Assembly: GCA_002633005.1 (NCBI GenBank)
Contig: NMRA01000292.1
Location: 209,328 to 273,327, forward strand
DNA: 64,000 nt
From: Phoronis australis
Taxonomy: Eukaryota; Animalia; Phoronida
Reading direction: 5' to 3'
The notes beneath the pieces are model-generated. The model was not told the DNA's origin and made no database searches. It saw only the letters and a list, made by a program, of their open reading frames with translations. The translations under genes were made by a program, and so were the position numbers. Below, one piece after another: positions 12,603 through 23,455 of this stretch (its first letter is position 1; each line of letters opens with the position of its first letter).

Positions 12603-13073
12603 TTTTACAGATTGTAATAAGGCCGGGGTACGACCGATAAGTGGCCAATCGCCTACCTTCATTTTCTAAGACGCTTACCTGGACATGTACTCAATTGCGT
12701 CTGGTGATCTCCTTAATTTGGACAACGTAACGAAACTACACGGGAAATGTGCGACTTCTCTCGATGAGACAATTTGTAGTTAGAATACTATAAGAAAACT
12801 GACAGTATTTTAGACTGTACTGACTATCTTTCAATTAGTTATTAGTTTGTTCACGTTCGTCTTTTTCGGACGTCTGTACAGGGACAATCCCATCGGACAC
12901 CGTTTACTTGATATTTTGCAATTATTTCGTACATGGTCAATTAATCGCAGTTTACTTACTTCTTGGCGCTTCTACACTAAATACCCAACATAACGTATAA
13001 TACGAAAACAAATGTACATTGCAGCATATGCGTAGCGAGACGACCGAGGTGCAAAGTGAACGAAGTATCAGTA

Positions 13074-13914
13074 CATATGTAAAGCCACCTCAAGATTAAA
13101 AAACGGGCTAAAACGTTATTTTTACTCTGCAGGAACAAAAAAAACTTCAAAACCAGAATTTTCCCTAATGCAGGAATTAAAAACAGTCCAAAACATATGG
13201 AAATCCAAAGTAAGATTTTAAAACAGTATAAAACATTATTTTGACTCTGTAATACCAAAAATAACTAAATTCATCACGTCAGGACCAAAAACTTATCACG
13301 TCATGACCTACAATTTGTCACGTCATGACCGAAAATTAAACACTTCAGGGCCGAAATTTAGCGCCCAGGATCGAAAATTTAATACGTCAGAACCCGAAAT
13401 TTATCGCGTCACAAATTTTTCATGCCAGGAGGCCCTGGTTCAAAGTCAGTGATGGGAGGCTAAACAGGGGCCAAGCGTTCAAGAATGTCTCGCCGACGAC
13501 ATTTATATTGTGATAATGAAGTTGAACTTCTGTTGTCTCGTCTACGTTTGACAACAGAAGCCTATATACACCTGGACACCGAGACTTGATTACGCCACTG
13601 AGAGGACAGGGACTCGGGTCGTCTTTGTGGAATAGTGGACGGTCAAGCGGTCTCCTGGCTTGAAAATTTTGTGTCCTGGCGTGATAAATTTTCTTTCCTA
13701 GCATGATAAATTTTCAGTCCTGTCGTGACAAATTTTCTGTCCTAGCATGATAATTTTTCCGTCCTTGCGTGATAAATGATGGTCCTGACATGATAATGTT
13801 GTAGGTCTTGGCGTGATAAATTCATGTTTTCAGGTGTTTTCTTGGTCCTGCAGTGATTTTAATTCTTGAAGAGAAAACGTGTCCTGGATTTTGTTTTCGC
13901 TTTGACTTTCCATA
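13074..13914. mobile_element. Foldback-type element with inverted arrays of 22-bp subrepeats, about 0.5 kb upstream of the TLR ATG
   Basis: Left array 13265-13432 (aaatttatcacgtcaggacc) and reverse-complement right array 13652-13825 (gtcctggcgtgataaatttt). Outer tatggaaatccaaag / ctttgactttccata ends; ~120-bp duplication of the left end. Confidence 0.7.
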
Positions 13915-14105
13915 ATTATACAATGTATTGATGAGGTAATCACGCTGTGCATGCCTTCGTTGTTAGGGTCACACTTCGCTGTTAATTTACTTTACGTTAT
14001 TTTTACGACGTATCACAAGTCAAAATAGATTGGAATCGTTTAGTCCCTACGAGCAAATGGACCATCTACGTCATCCATTCATCCATTCCTTCATTCATGT
14101 TAAGC

Positions 14106-14115
14106 GGATTTTCCC
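14106..14115 (-). promoter_or_regulatory. Candidate NF-kB/Rel site GGGAAAATCC upstream of the TLR
   Basis: GGATTTTCCC on +, about 315 bp before the ATG; ETS-like CGGAAGT near 14194. Motif match only. Confidence 0.35.
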
Positions 14116-14427
14116 AACTAGACTGTACAATGACTGACCTCCAGCTAGAGCTCGCTTTGCGCTCTCACTCTCAGACATTGTACTTCTCGTTCGCGGAAGT
14201 AATTAGATAAAACTTGACACAGCGACCACACTGTTTATTTTCGTTGCTGTCGTCACATGAGCGACAGTTACTGTGGAGAAGGATAAGTTCGACCATACTT
14301 ACAGAAGTAACTGGCGACTGCGTCTCTGTGCGGTTCTGCGCCTTGGTGTGAGTAACAGTTGGGTTTCAGCGTTAGTCGATTTGTGTTGTAAAAATAAGGA
14401 AATCTACTAGCCCGTCAGTCGGACTCG

Positions 14428-17400
14428 ATGGGGTTACAGTTTTATCGGCCGTTGGCCTGCTTGTTTATCGTGACCTCGTTGCTGGATATTAGTTGCATAC
14501 GTTTATCTACGCAAAATGTGACAAACGCTAATGATGGCGAGTACACAGCAAACAATACAACGAATTACTGTCAAGTGGAATGCTCTTTGTACCGAAACCC
14601 AACTCCAAAGCCTCTGTTTGAGAGACATGACGTGCCGGTGACTACGTCATTTATTGTATGTAATGTGAAAAATGGTTATAACCATGAAAGTGTGTGCATT
14701 ATAGACTTGTGGAACAGTGCAAATTTATCTTGGTATTTGGAATCTGCAAACTCGACACATATGGTTGAACTTAACTTGGTTTGTCCCACTAACCGTCAAG
14801 TTGTTGACGTTCGCACCACTAATCAAGAGGAAGGACGTGCTTTGAAATCGAAGTCACCAGCGTTTATCTTTGCCGTTTACAAGTGTGTTTTGCCATGGAA
14901 AAGTCTGAGTTGGTTTTCCGCCTTTGTGAATTTGACGGTGTTAAACCTATTCTCTTCAAATTATTCAGCGCTTCACTTCTCGACGGAAGGAGTTCTTGCG
15001 GACGGGTTTAGAACTGTAGGCACTATTGGTATTATGGATGTACCGGAAGCGAACTATATTGCCAAGGGTTTCAATCATTTCCACTGGGACTCGCTGGCGG
15101 AAGTAAGCATGTTCAATTCGTCTCTTCACGACGACGATTTTGGTGAAAACATGACATTTTTGTGCCCTAATCTACAAGGATTCGAATTGCAGTACGTGAA
15201 ACTAACAAAGCCGATATCACTGTTCCCATGGCAACCGGACGCACACAAACTACCCAATGATCTTGCGCGATCGTCGTTTTTCAACAATCGCCATTACGGT
15301 AGAGATCTTGAAATAGCGCCGAATATTTATCGTCGTGTGTTAACCTTGGAATTTGCGAATGTTCGAAATCTGACGGCAGTAAATTTCAAAGGACATTTAC
15401 ACAAACTGTCTTTAAAGGGAAATAAAATCCAGTTTATCCCTCCAACAGTGTTTGCTGGTGTTGAAGGGCTGAAAGTTTTAGATCTCAGTACCAATTTGAT
15501 AACAGCAATACCTGACGGTTTGTTTGACAACATGTCAATGTTACTGGAATTGAACCTCGGACGCAATTTGATAGTTGAACTGGGCAAAAATTCACTGAGA
15601 GGCCTCTCTAAGTTGCAAAGGCTCAATTTGAAGGAAAATCGCATTCGCGTAATTTCCACTGGTTACTTTTCCAACCTCGGAAAACTTGAGACATTAAATT
15701 TGGAGTCTAATAGGATTGAATTCATTGAGCAAGGTTCACTGTCGGGTGAAACCCCTCGCTTGAAATTCATTTTTCTGAAAGGGAATAGGCTGAGAACGTT
15801 CCCGGTAGCTCTTTTTGTCAATTTGATATCACTGGATTTGTCTAATAACGAAATTACCTTTGATAATTTCAACGAAACCCTTGATTCGATAACACCCTCA
15901 GAAATTGTGATTGGAAATATAAAATCAATAAGCGATTCCGACTACCTGGACTCAAAAGCAACAACAAAAACTTTGATCAATCTGCAAAATAACAAAGTAA
16001 CAATGTTGGACATGGATTCTTTCTCTGAGAAACAGTTTCTCACTTTTGCTGTTATTCTGAATTATTTTAGTTTCGATTTATCTGGAAACAGGCTCGTGTG
16101 CGACTGCAAGGCATTTTCTCTTTATGAGTTTATGAAAACTCCTATCGGTGAAGTTCGGTCGCCGGTGTCTGGGGCTAAACTTAACGTACGGATTAGAACA
16201 GAAGACTTTTCGACGTGGAAGTGTAGTTCCCCATCGTCAGTAAAAGACCTTGCAGTCTCGTCGGTGCCAAACACGACTTTCGAATGTGTCACGGAGATGC
16301 CCGATTGTCCACCCGAATGTGATTGTTCGTTAAGATCCGTGGACAGTTCGGTTACGGTGCAGTGTAGCAACCGCAAGCTCAGGTCTTTTCCTGCCAAGTT
16401 ACCTCAGTCGAAAAATGAACTAGTTTTACACCTTGAGGACAATTTCTTAGAACACGTCGAGAATAGGGAGTATTTGAAACGAGTCACAAAATTATTTGCT
16501 AGCCGCAATAACATATCGGACGTTTCCGAAAAAGTTTTGAAGAAAATGGAAAAGATAACTGTATTATATCTAGACTCCAATAAACTCACGACTTTACCAG
16601 AATACATCAAAAAGATGACCAATCGACGGCTGACACATGTGAACATCAAGCACAACTTCTTTGAATGCGACTGTAATACACTGTGGATAAAGTATTGGTT
16701 GCGTGAGAACATTGCCAAAGTCATCGAAACACAAAATATATTATGCTCTTCAGGGGGCACCAAAGGGAAATCGATCATTTATGTTCCGGATAACAAATTC
16801 GTATGTGAACTTCTCGCGGGCGAAGTGGCAGCTATTGTGCTGGCGGTAACCTTGACCATTTTTCTTGTTGCCGTTGTCTCCGTATATAAACACCGACAAG
16901 AAGTAAAAGTTTTACTGTATGCGAAACTCCAGTGGCATCCTTTTGACAAATTTGAGCTGGATGAGGATGAAACAAAAATCTATGATGCTTTTATTTCATA
17001 CTGTCAGAAAGACTACAGATTTGTGTGCAATGATCTGAGATCTTCTCTGGAGCAAAACAATCCACCTTATAAACTGTGCATCCACGAACGAGACTTCATG
17101 GCAGGTGCACCAATCTATGAAAATATTATGAACAGTGTGAAGCTGAGCAAGAGAATGATAATGATTCTTTCGAATGATTTCCTTCTCAGCGAATGGTGTA
17201 TGTTAGAGTTCCGAACGGCACATCAGAAAGTTTTGAAAGAACACTCGCGATATCTGATTATTATTGCACTTGGCGACATCGTGTCGAGAAACACGGATGA
17301 AGATCTACAAGCGTACTTGAAAACGAACACCTATCTCACTGTAGACGATAAATTGTTCTTGGAGAGACTGCGCTACGCCTTGCCACGGCCAACTTCGCAG

Positions 17401-17439
17401 AGTCTAACTCTCGACTCTACAGAATCAGCCAGCGTGTAA
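14428..17439 (+). CDS. Toll-like receptor, multiple-cysteine-cluster (protostome/Toll-type), intronless CDS, 1003 aa
   Basis: Signal peptide, then LxxLxLxxNxI repeats (about 15390-15855). Internal LRRCT NRLVCDC...WKCSSP (16081-16288), LRRNT CPPECDC...VQCSNRKL, 3-4 further LRRs, second LRRCT NFFECDC...ILCSS (16651-16806). TM VAAIVLAVTLTIFLVAVVSVY. TIR with YDAFISY, LCIHERDF, SEWCMLEF and FLERLRYALP (about 16978-17385). Confidence 0.97.
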   Translation: MGLQFYRPLACLFIVTSLLDISCIRLSTQNVTNANDGEYTANNTTNYCQVECSLYRNPTPKPLFERHDVPVTTSFIVCNVKNGYNHESVCIIDLWNSANLSWYLESANSTHMVELNLVCPTNRQVVDVRTTNQEEGRALKSKSPAFIFAVYKCVLPWKSLSWFSAFVNLTVLNLFSSNYSALHFSTEGVLADGFRTVGTIGIMDVPEANYIAKGFNHFHWDSLAEVSMFNSSLHDDDFGENMTFLCPNLQGFELQYVKLTKPISLFPWQPDAHKLPNDLARSSFFNNRHYGRDLEIAPNIYRRVLTLEFANVRNLTAVNFKGHLHKLSLKGNKIQFIPPTVFAGVEGLKVLDLSTNLITAIPDGLFDNMSMLLELNLGRNLIVELGKNSLRGLSKLQRLNLKENRIRVISTGYFSNLGKLETLNLESNRIEFIEQGSLSGETPRLKFIFLKGNRLRTFPVALFVNLISLDLSNNEITFDNFNETLDSITPSEIVIGNIKSISDSDYLDSKATTKTLINLQNNKVTMLDMDSFSEKQFLTFAVILNYFSFDLSGNRLVCDCKAFSLYEFMKTPIGEVRSPVSGAKLNVRIRTEDFSTWKCSSPSSVKDLAVSSVPNTTFECVTEMPDCPPECDCSLRSVDSSVTVQCSNRKLRSFPAKLPQSKNELVLHLEDNFLEHVENREYLKRVTKLFASRNNISDVSEKVLKKMEKITVLYLDSNKLTTLPEYIKKMTNRRLTHVNIKHNFFECDCNTLWIKYWLRENIAKVIETQNILCSSGGTKGKSIIYVPDNKFVCELLAGEVAAIVLAVTLTIFLVAVVSVYKHRQEVKVLLYAKLQWHPFDKFELDEDETKIYDAFISYCQKDYRFVCNDLRSSLEQNNPPYKLCIHERDFMAGAPIYENIMNSVKLSKRMIMILSNDFLLSEWCMLEFRTAHQKVLKEHSRYLIIIALGDIVSRNTDEDLQAYLKTNTYLTVDDKLFLERLRYALPRPTSQSLTLDSTESASV

Positions 17440-17758
17440 CAACGTCACTCTGTTTCACACTTCTGCAATAACGAAAAACTGGAGATGATTTTTTAAGGTT
17501 AATGAGATGCAAAGACGTCTACGGTCTCGGTGAGGTGCCAACATAAAAGTGTTGAAGTATTACAACAAGCGCGGTGTGACCACAGAAGCCTTGATTCAAG
17601 ATGATCGCTCGCAGAAGCATTGTATTTTAATAACTGTGGAGTTCGCGCTGCAAATGATGGCTGTCGCGCTTCTAACGACTGTAAAAATGATACTTAATCC
17701 AGTTGCAGTGCTGCATAAAGGCTGTTTGATTAGTCTAAATGACGAATGTGTGAGTTTT

Positions 17759-17905
17759 TGCATATGGTGGTCATCGTTTCCCCAAGTATGACTAGTGACT
17801 GAAAATCGCTTGAAAGCGCACAAGAGTTGTTGCATATGATGATCGTCGCTTCCCCAAATATGACAATTGACTCTGACAATCGCGTGAAAGCGCACAAACG
17901 CCGTG
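17759..17905. repeat. Diverged ~72-bp tandem duplication in the putative TLR 3'UTR
   Basis: tgcatatg.tg.tc.tcg.ttccccaa.tatgac...aatcgc.tgaaagcgcacaa occurs twice (17759 and 17831). Confidence 0.7.
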
Positions 17906-18094
17906 TTTGTCAAGGTAGACAGTTTTCAACGCACGAACTACGCATGTACTTTTATTTTCACCGTTCTTTTCTCATTATAAGTACTGTTTTCTCACAAAAC
18001 GTTTCAAACAATGTCTGGAGCCATGAAATAGGCCTATAGGCCAAGTCAGTGAGTAATTGGTACAGTTTGCCAAAACTATCTGTATTCTGCAACT

Positions 18095-18144
18095 GAGAGA
18101 GATAGGGAGGGAGGGAGGGAGAGAGGGAGAGAGAGGGAGAGAGA
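18095..18144. repeat. (GA)n/(GGGA)n polypurine microsatellite
   Basis: gagagagatagggagggagggagggagagagggagagagagggagagagag. Confidence 0.9.
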
Positions 18145-21100
18145 GTGCTATGAGTGGGAAGAAACTGCCCGTGCGGTTCAACAAAAGGTAAACTAGACTA
18201 ATGACATGTACGAGGGGCGTGGTTTACCAAAAATCTTACGACCTTATATGTCGTAAAATTTACACCTATAGTAACTTTTTAGACAGGACTACTTCGTGAG
18301 ATGTAAAACAAGTTTAAACGAAACGCTGAGCAACTTTTACAGTAAAACTTTGATGCAGCTGTAAATGATTGCGCACATTTTAAGGTCGTAAATTGACGTC
18401 TTTTTAGTGAAACCTATAGCTCTTCATGTTTTATCATGCTATTGCTAAAACACAAATACTCAAGCCATATACAGTGGATGATAGGCGGTACAGACTAGTT
18501 CGTTGTATTGTTTTAATGCATTTATTTTTCATGACCATTGACAGTTGTTGCAACTTGTTAGGAAAGAAACAAGACAATAACTTACTTCACATCGGTCGAG
18601 ATTAAATTAGCAAATGATTAAGTGTCAGTTTTGCTTTTATGTGAAACGTTAGAGTACGAGTTCAGTTTCAAACGAAGATACTAATTACCACGACGTATTT
18701 TATCAAGCTTAAAAATACTCAGCTTGTCTACACACCACTTGTCGGTTCAATTCTAAGATAAACAAACCATATGATCAATTCGCTCGCTTTTCAAATCTTA
18801 CCAACCAAGTCCATGATAGGAAATATTTAGGAGGATGCAAACAAAAAGTACAACAAAGAAGGAAACTAAACACGCGTGAAAAGGTTTCCTTCATTGAATG
18901 CAGAAATTCTTTTCGTGTTTATTTAATCACTTGTCTTTATTTGCTGTCCTTTGAACAAGTTGTATGATTGAGAATATGAAATGCTGACTATAAAGTGGAA
19001 GATTTAGTTGACTCTCAACAAAGTAAATAACCATTGACCCAGTAAATATTGCACAGGAAGGATGACCAGGGCGACTGACCAGCAGTTAAGTGCTCACCAT
19101 GTACGGGTAAACACCCACACCTCGATTTCTGGCTCGCCAATTTAAGCACCCAGGGCTTTACTGCCGTTAGTACGAATGTTTACCGATCTAAATGGGTGAA
19201 ATTGGACTATTTGGCAATTATTAAGACGACGCGTGGTTTTCCAAAGTAGTTATTGAAGAACGTTCATGGAGACGCCTTTTTCTAAACTAGTCGCTCCTTT
19301 TTCCAGAAGGTCGCTGGCCATTCAAGCGAGCCACAACTGAAACTAATCGGATAGTAGCGACACGTTAAATATTAAAACAGGTCGTGGAGATTACATTGGA
19401 CACGATTGCCGAGTTTACAGTTGTGCTATTTTGGTCGGAGATGCTTGTCGACCGGCTCGCCGCGACAGGTTAAACCAGCGTAACACTCCGGCGAAATTTG
19501 AATCGGGAATTATTTACTGAATAGAATGTCTTTGATTGAATATTTCAACGTAGTTTGTCTGGACGCCCGCATGCGGAGGATTCCGTATGAGGTCACCCTA
19601 ACATCACCGGCATTTGCCGATCGTCAGTGTGACATTTATAAGTGGTAGAACTAGACGTACTGGTCTGTAATCTCGAGTTATATCTGAATATTTATTGAAC
19701 TAGAACAACGATTGTAGTTTTCAACAAAATTTATTAACCAAAAATTAAAATTCTTCGTTTTGCCGTCGTTGTCTTGAAACAAGTCGTCTTTTTTCTCTAT
19801 AAGTTGGTCGTGCCCACTAAGCCGTCATTTTTCAAAACTGGCCGTCCCAATGACGGCCTCTAAATGAGCCGTTAAATTTTGGCTTTTGCATTCCGCAGGT
19901 CGGCAACATTAGGTTTCGGCCTCGAAGCTACAAATTATTCGGGTGCACGTGTCTCCCGCCCTCTTTTCCGCTTCCAACGATCATGCCAACCGTAACATAA
20001 GCTCTACAAATAAGTGTAGGCGTTTTGCGGAGGCTGCTGTGCCACGTGCCATTTTCGGGTCAGGATTATTCCGTGACTTCGAAGTGTGTCATACTATAGA
20101 CCTACGTGCGTCAACGAAATGCACCAACTATCCAAAGGCTCTACCGCTAACAAGTGGCGCGATTCCGCAACACCGAGCCACGTGGCGCTTCATTTAGTGC
20201 TCGCTGTATTGAGCTGTGATCCAGGGATGTGATTTGACCGCTCAGTTTTCGTTCAGAGATTATTACAATTATGAAAACAAAACGACAAAATCCCCAAACG
20301 TGCGTTACTCTTTTTCGATGACGTTTAAGTGCGACCAATGCACCAACTTGTGAAAATTAGAAATAAATAGACCTAGGGCCGATAGCTAACTAGTGTTGAA
20401 TTAATTGTCAAACGAGCATTTTTGCTTCGCCGCTGTAAAATGTCAGGTGTTGTAGGCATTTAACTAACTTAAACGACTGATGTTCATGATATGTTAAAAG
20501 TTCTGCCTTCTTCAGTGCAATATCTTTGCTTGTGTGGTAAAAAGAATTAATTTCGGCACTACCGTCCGAGCTGAAAGTTTAAATTAGTTTGGTATTGGCG
20601 TCAAGAACAAAGCCGATCAGCATATACTCGCAAAGATGTCTGAAAGTCTCAGATTCTCGGAAACAAGGACCCAACCCTTAGTTTGTGGTTTATCTTCACA
20701 ACAAGAACAACAAGTTACATGTCTAAACGACATGAGCAGCGTTACCTGTTAAACCTTGGTCGAGTGGGTACCATGCGATGTATGACACCATGAAAGCATG
20801 TCTCACGCACTTTGCAGAGCCATCTGGTTTTAAATTGGGTCTGTGCTCAAATCATTAATTATTCTGGCAAGTGAGTAAGAAAAGCAGCATTTCACGGGAT
20901 TTTCGCATATAAATCTTATTGTCGAATTTCTATGGATCAGCGGAATATGATGAAGCTCGTCTTGTTTACTAAACTTTGTTCTGTTGCACACCGCTCTACG
21001 CATGCTAGTCAATTCGAAACCGAGCACTGATGGTGTCGTATCTGAAGCAGAGGCAGACTAATTTCCCAATGACTTATAACCATATAAAAAACATAAAGGT

Positions 21101-22914
21101 TGGACAATAAAATTTTGCCGATTGCATAAACCCCAGAAGCCTTATCTCTTAATTTGTCTTTGAGAGTGGGGAATTGGTGACGGAATTTCCAACACAAAAC
21201 CCTGAATTCTCTAGAGCCTAAATAGATACCATGGCATAGGCTTATTTCAGTTGTGCTTTACTCAGTAAACTTTTACGCCTGATGAAAATAAAAAAACTTA
21301 CTGCCGGATTTCGCAGTAGACCTAAGTTAGTAACCAGCAACCTTTTCTTACAACTTGAGAAATAATAGTTTGAATACATTCCCATTGACACGAAGTTGCG
21401 TGAAGTTCAGTCAAATAGCATTTGAGGGCGCGTGAAAACAGTCCTTCGGAATTGATTCGGTAATGTTCGTCAAGTAACCGCTTAACATAACGACACAAAA
21501 TAGCCTCCTTTAATTTTTAACATTTTGATTTTTTTAAAAGATTTTTGCCGTCAAGTCACCACGCGAAGGCAATAATGTGATCTAATGTGAGGTTTCCACA
21601 GTTTTTTTAGAAACTTATTTCATAGAGGTCCATGCATGCCTGAGTAGAAAATTCTGAGCATGCTAATTTTTAGTGTCCAATCTGTACAAGTTTTTTAACA
21701 GTGAGTGGTGTCTGTGGTGGATACGAGGAACTGATATACTCAAGAGCATGTGGTTTGAGACACAGAAGGACATCTCGGGTATTTTTCACATAGCCACAAG
21801 TTTTAGGCTATGGAAGTACTCAAGGTGATAACGCAGACAAATTAAAGACACCGGAAATACCTGAGATTAGTTCCAACCGTAAATTGAAATTTCCCCACTC
21901 GAAGGTGAACGTTATCTGCGCATGTACGAATTTCAATCATTCGGGAAGTCATTTGTCTTTTAAGCTGGAAAGTGATTGGCCGTATGACTCAAGCGCTCAT
22001 GCTCAAATAGCGTGCCTCCGTAAATTTGAGGCTACGAAAATACCCGAGTGTTCCAGATAGAGATGTCCCGGACGGAGATGTTCCGGATAATTCTGTAATG
22101 GAATAGACCACTTGCGAAACTGGGCAGAAAAGCGGGACAAAGTCTCATCTCGTTGCATAACCACGCATAAGATCTATAGCCCTGGGACTTGAAAACCAGC
22201 ATGAGGACTTGCAAACCTCAGGCGAATCACCGATAAGCAGTATTAGGTAAGCAGCATGGCGCCCCGGGGGAGTTGCAAAATCTACCTTGCAGGTCTTTTC
22301 GATCGTTTGTAGCTGCTGTCTGCCTGATTTCGTTGGGCTCAGTTGTAGCAATTCTGACATGTAGCAATTCTGACACAAATCAATAAGCCAAGTCCATAGC
22401 GTAGGTCACAATTTACAATTAAAGTACATTTCACAATTTATTTTTTGAAAATGGAGGATTTAATGGAAGTCCAAAACACCTTGTCTAGCAGGCAACCTTC
22501 GTTGGCCTGTTAGACTTACCACGACGAACTCGGTACTTTCAACCGACTCGACTCGTTTATTAAATTGACGATATCACGTAAGTTTGTAGGCCTAATCGTG
22601 GCGGGAACTGTAATAACCGGATCGACTCAGTGAGTTACCACTGATACAAGGTGGTTATATTTTTTGCAGTCACATGTTTCATAGGGTCTAATATTGCTTA
22701 ACTTATTACTTAAGCAAGCTCATTCAATGCAATATTCGTCATTTTCAATACAACGTTATAATATACATACATCAAAGTTACTATATTAAGTAATGAGCAC
22801 GATAACAGCACATAGTGTGGACGAACTTTGTACCGAAGAAGCTTGGATGCTGGCCCCTACGAGTTTTATACGTAGCGTTCAGGCTTGACTCTATCACATC
22901 GCCAAAGGGTTCTT

Positions 22915-23112
22915 AAACGAGTACATTTCTACTCATGCTTTGCTTAATCTACATGTACTTATTCTTAATCTACTCGTACTTTTGCTTAATTTACACGTGC
23001 TTTTGCTTAATGCACATGTACTTTTGCCTAACCCACGCGTACTATTGCTTAATTTACACGTGCTGTTGCTTGATATTCACGCGTACATTTACTTAATCTA
23101 CGCGTACTTTTA
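22915..23112. repeat. ~21-bp tandem minisatellite (about 9 units, consensus GCTTAATCTACACGTACTTTT)
   Basis: Repeated ttgcttaat[ct]tac[a]cgt[ag]ctt units read directly from the sequence. Confidence 0.85.
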
Positions 23113-23235
23113 GTTCTAAATGATCATGGCTCTGCTCTTCATACATTAATGCCATATCTACCATAGATACCGTCGTGAATTTATGGTGTGAAGTCACACA
23201 AGCGCAATGCCAAAATGGCAGAAGTCCTTAGTAAT

Positions 23236-23455
23236 TACGGTAAAATCTCATGAACTTAGGACAAACTATGGTCAACGCGTGAAATTCATTTAATAGCACC
23301 AAATTAATGATTACCATGTTCAAACTCTGTACCATAGTTACCTGTAGTACCACTACGCACTATTTTGAAAATCTGTAAGCCAACACAAAGTTAGAAGTTA
23401 GAAATGAAAAAGGACAGATTTAGCAATGTTTCGAAATTGATGAGATTTTACCGTA
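23236..23455. mobile_element. Tc1/mariner(pogo)-like MITE, family C (TACGGTAAAATCTCA...TGAGATTTTACCGTA)
   Basis: 15-bp perfect TIR including TA ends. The same end motif (ctaaattggtgagantttac) recurs at about 25213, 25820, 29428, 33077, 45557 and 49871. Confidence 0.75.

Noticed and set aside
11127-13825. 21-22-bp repeat arrays with variable linkers as possible CRISPR-like arrays
   Set aside because: Units are too short, are mirrored in inverted arms, and there are no cas genes; eukaryotic transposon subterminal repeats explain them.
15327-16778. Four minus-strand ORFs overlapping the TLR
   Set aside because: Antisense shadows of a long coding frame; no domain signal.
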